This document shows, piece after piece, positions 44,353 through 45,272 of a stretch of DNA of 45,272 nucleotides (within the stretch, counting starts at the first letter, position 1; every line of letters begins with the position of its first letter). Below the pieces are notes generated by a model. It was not told the DNA's origin, searched no databases, and saw nothing but the letters and a program-made list of their open reading frames with translations. The translations under genes were made by a program, and so were the position numbers. The DNA lies in the NCBI GenBank assembly GCA_041746755.1, contig JBGTGL010000035.1:1-45272 (forward strand), written 5' to 3'. Origin of the DNA: Acidimicrobiia bacterium. Lineage in GTDB: Bacteria > Actinomycetota > Acidimicrobiia > Spongiisociales > ZC4RG35.

Positions 44353-45272
44353 CTAGTTCTCTTCCCGGTTGATAAGTGATCCGGGGTTGAATCGAGAACG
44401 TATTCTCTGTCCGCCCTCATACTTGAGGCGTATCCAGTTTTCCACCGCCAGGAAGTCGGCCTCCTTGCCCTGATTGAGTTTTCCACCGTAGATGGCGGCG
44501 CCGTAGGCGGTAGCAATCGGAACCAGGGTCCGGTCGGTGGCTCTGGCGAACTCGATGGGCGTTTGGTCGGCCGGGACCACTTCCCCCAGATCCTTTAGCT
44601 GGTCGACGATCTCATCCCACGCCGCGGTGACGTCGCCTTCGCGGATGAGATTCAGCCGTCGCGTCCTTCTCAACCTCTTCGAGAAGGGAATTGCCATCAC
44701 GAGGATGACCAGAATGGGGAAGATGAGTACCCGATACGGGAACGACGAGGTGTCCCCGCCGAATTCTCCTCCGAGCAGGTCGCCGTCATCGATTCCCAGC
44801 CTCGGGTCGTTTTCGTCAAATCCCGGTTGGTTGATCGTACCTGGCTGCTGGAGCGGGTCGGCCACGAACTCCTGAGGGTTGAAAGTCGCCGTGTAACTTG
44901 CGGGAAGAGAGTCGCCCCGGGGAGTGGGATCGAATTTGACCCAGCCGAAGCCGTCCATCCACATCTCTACCCAGGCGTGGGCATTGTTGTCCCGGACAAT
45001 TATCGCGTTGGGGCCGTTTTCCTGGGCGACGACCTCACCGGGGGTAAAACCCCAAACCACCCGACTCGGGATGCCGAGAGTCCGACCCAGCACACCCATC
45101 GATGCCGCAAACTGTTCGCAGTAGCCGGTGCGATAGTCGACGCTTTCGGGGTCGTTCAACCACTCGGCCAATTGGAGTTCGGTGTGGCCGGCGGTTATGT
45201 CAGTGGAGTACTCGAAGGTCCCACTGTCGCGAAACCAGTGCTGGAGGAGGGTCGCCCGCTCGAAGTCGGACC
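44353..45272 (-). CDS. Transglutaminase-like domain protein (TgpA-type). The 5' end runs off the window.
   Basis: The frame stays open to the window edge. The Cys-His-Asp core is present: GYCEQFA, NAHAWVEMW and KFDPTP. These are followed by a TM segment and a C-terminal tail. Confidence 0.8.
   Translation of the reverse strand, partial: SDFERATLLQHWFRDSGTFEYSTDITAGHTELQLAEWLNDPESVDYRTGYCEQFAASMGVLGRTLGIPSRVVWGFTPGEVVAQENGPNAIIVRDNNAHAWVEMWMDGFGWVKFDPTPRGDSLPASYTATFNPQEFVADPLQQPGTINQPGFDENDPRLGIDDGDLLGGEFGGDTSSFPYRVLIFPILVILVMAIPFSKRLRRTRRLNLIREGDVTAAWDEIVDQLKDLGEVVPADQTPIEFARATDRTLVPIATAYGAAIYGGKLNQGKEADFLAVENWIRLKYEGGQRIRSRFNPGSLINREEN

Noticed and set aside
1-45272. Search for CRISPR arrays, IS elements, integrases, prophage or defence islands, tRNA genes, and compositional islands
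   Set aside because: No repeat-spacer periodicity, terminal inverted repeats, recombinase or transposase motifs or tRNA-like cloverleaf candidates were seen in the short intergenic regions. Composition appears uniform by eye. A computational scan (tRNAscan-SE, GC-skew or k-mer analysis) would be needed to exclude subtle signals.

Overview
This is a high-GC (roughly 60%), densely coding window that looks like core chromosome of an Actinomycetota-type organism, possibly Acidimicrobiia-like. That assignment is inferred from an F420/LLM enzyme, DUF3040, an Rv2191-like DEDD+GIY-YIG nuclease, a TCGAAC-N4-GTTCGA SOS box and the fab gene order. I support about 55 CDSs, one RNase P RNA (rnpB, 7922-8289), two hairpin terminators between convergent genes, one perfect LexA box and one SECIS-like hairpin. 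There are no CRISPR arrays, transposases, integrases, phage genes or recognisable defence genes, and no convincing novel multi-gene system. Many long track ORFs are alternate-frame or antisense artefacts typical of high-GC DNA. The main blocks are as follows. (i) A proline-racemase-family gene (Cys/Thr type), NIF3, a COG1579 zinc-ribbon protein and a DUF457 hydrolase. (ii) An F420-dependent LLM oxidoreductase, a large lipoprotein, an SRAP/YedK gene with a truncated haemoglobin, and rnpB followed by an aquaporin. (iii) A TlpA-like redoxin lipoprotein interrupted by an in-frame TGA exactly at the first active-site Cys, which makes it a candidate selenoprotein. (iv) A 10.4-kb single-strand array: DEDD/GIY-YIG nuclease, argG, argH and a complete System I cytochrome c maturation set (ccmABCDEFHG) joined by overlapping stop/start codons. 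(v) An OpuC-type osmoprotectant ABC transporter, two tandem CNNM/CorC genes, and an SRPBCC-ArsA-small ORF-DUF1232 coupled module. (vi) ltaE, fabD-fabH-fabG-acpP without fabF, membrane proteins, dinB, DUF3040, a MerR regulator and a partial transglutaminase-domain gene. The observations most worth follow-up are the UGA-recoded redoxin, the arg-ccm operon fusion with System I in this lineage, and the perfect SOS box in front of the Cho-like nuclease.
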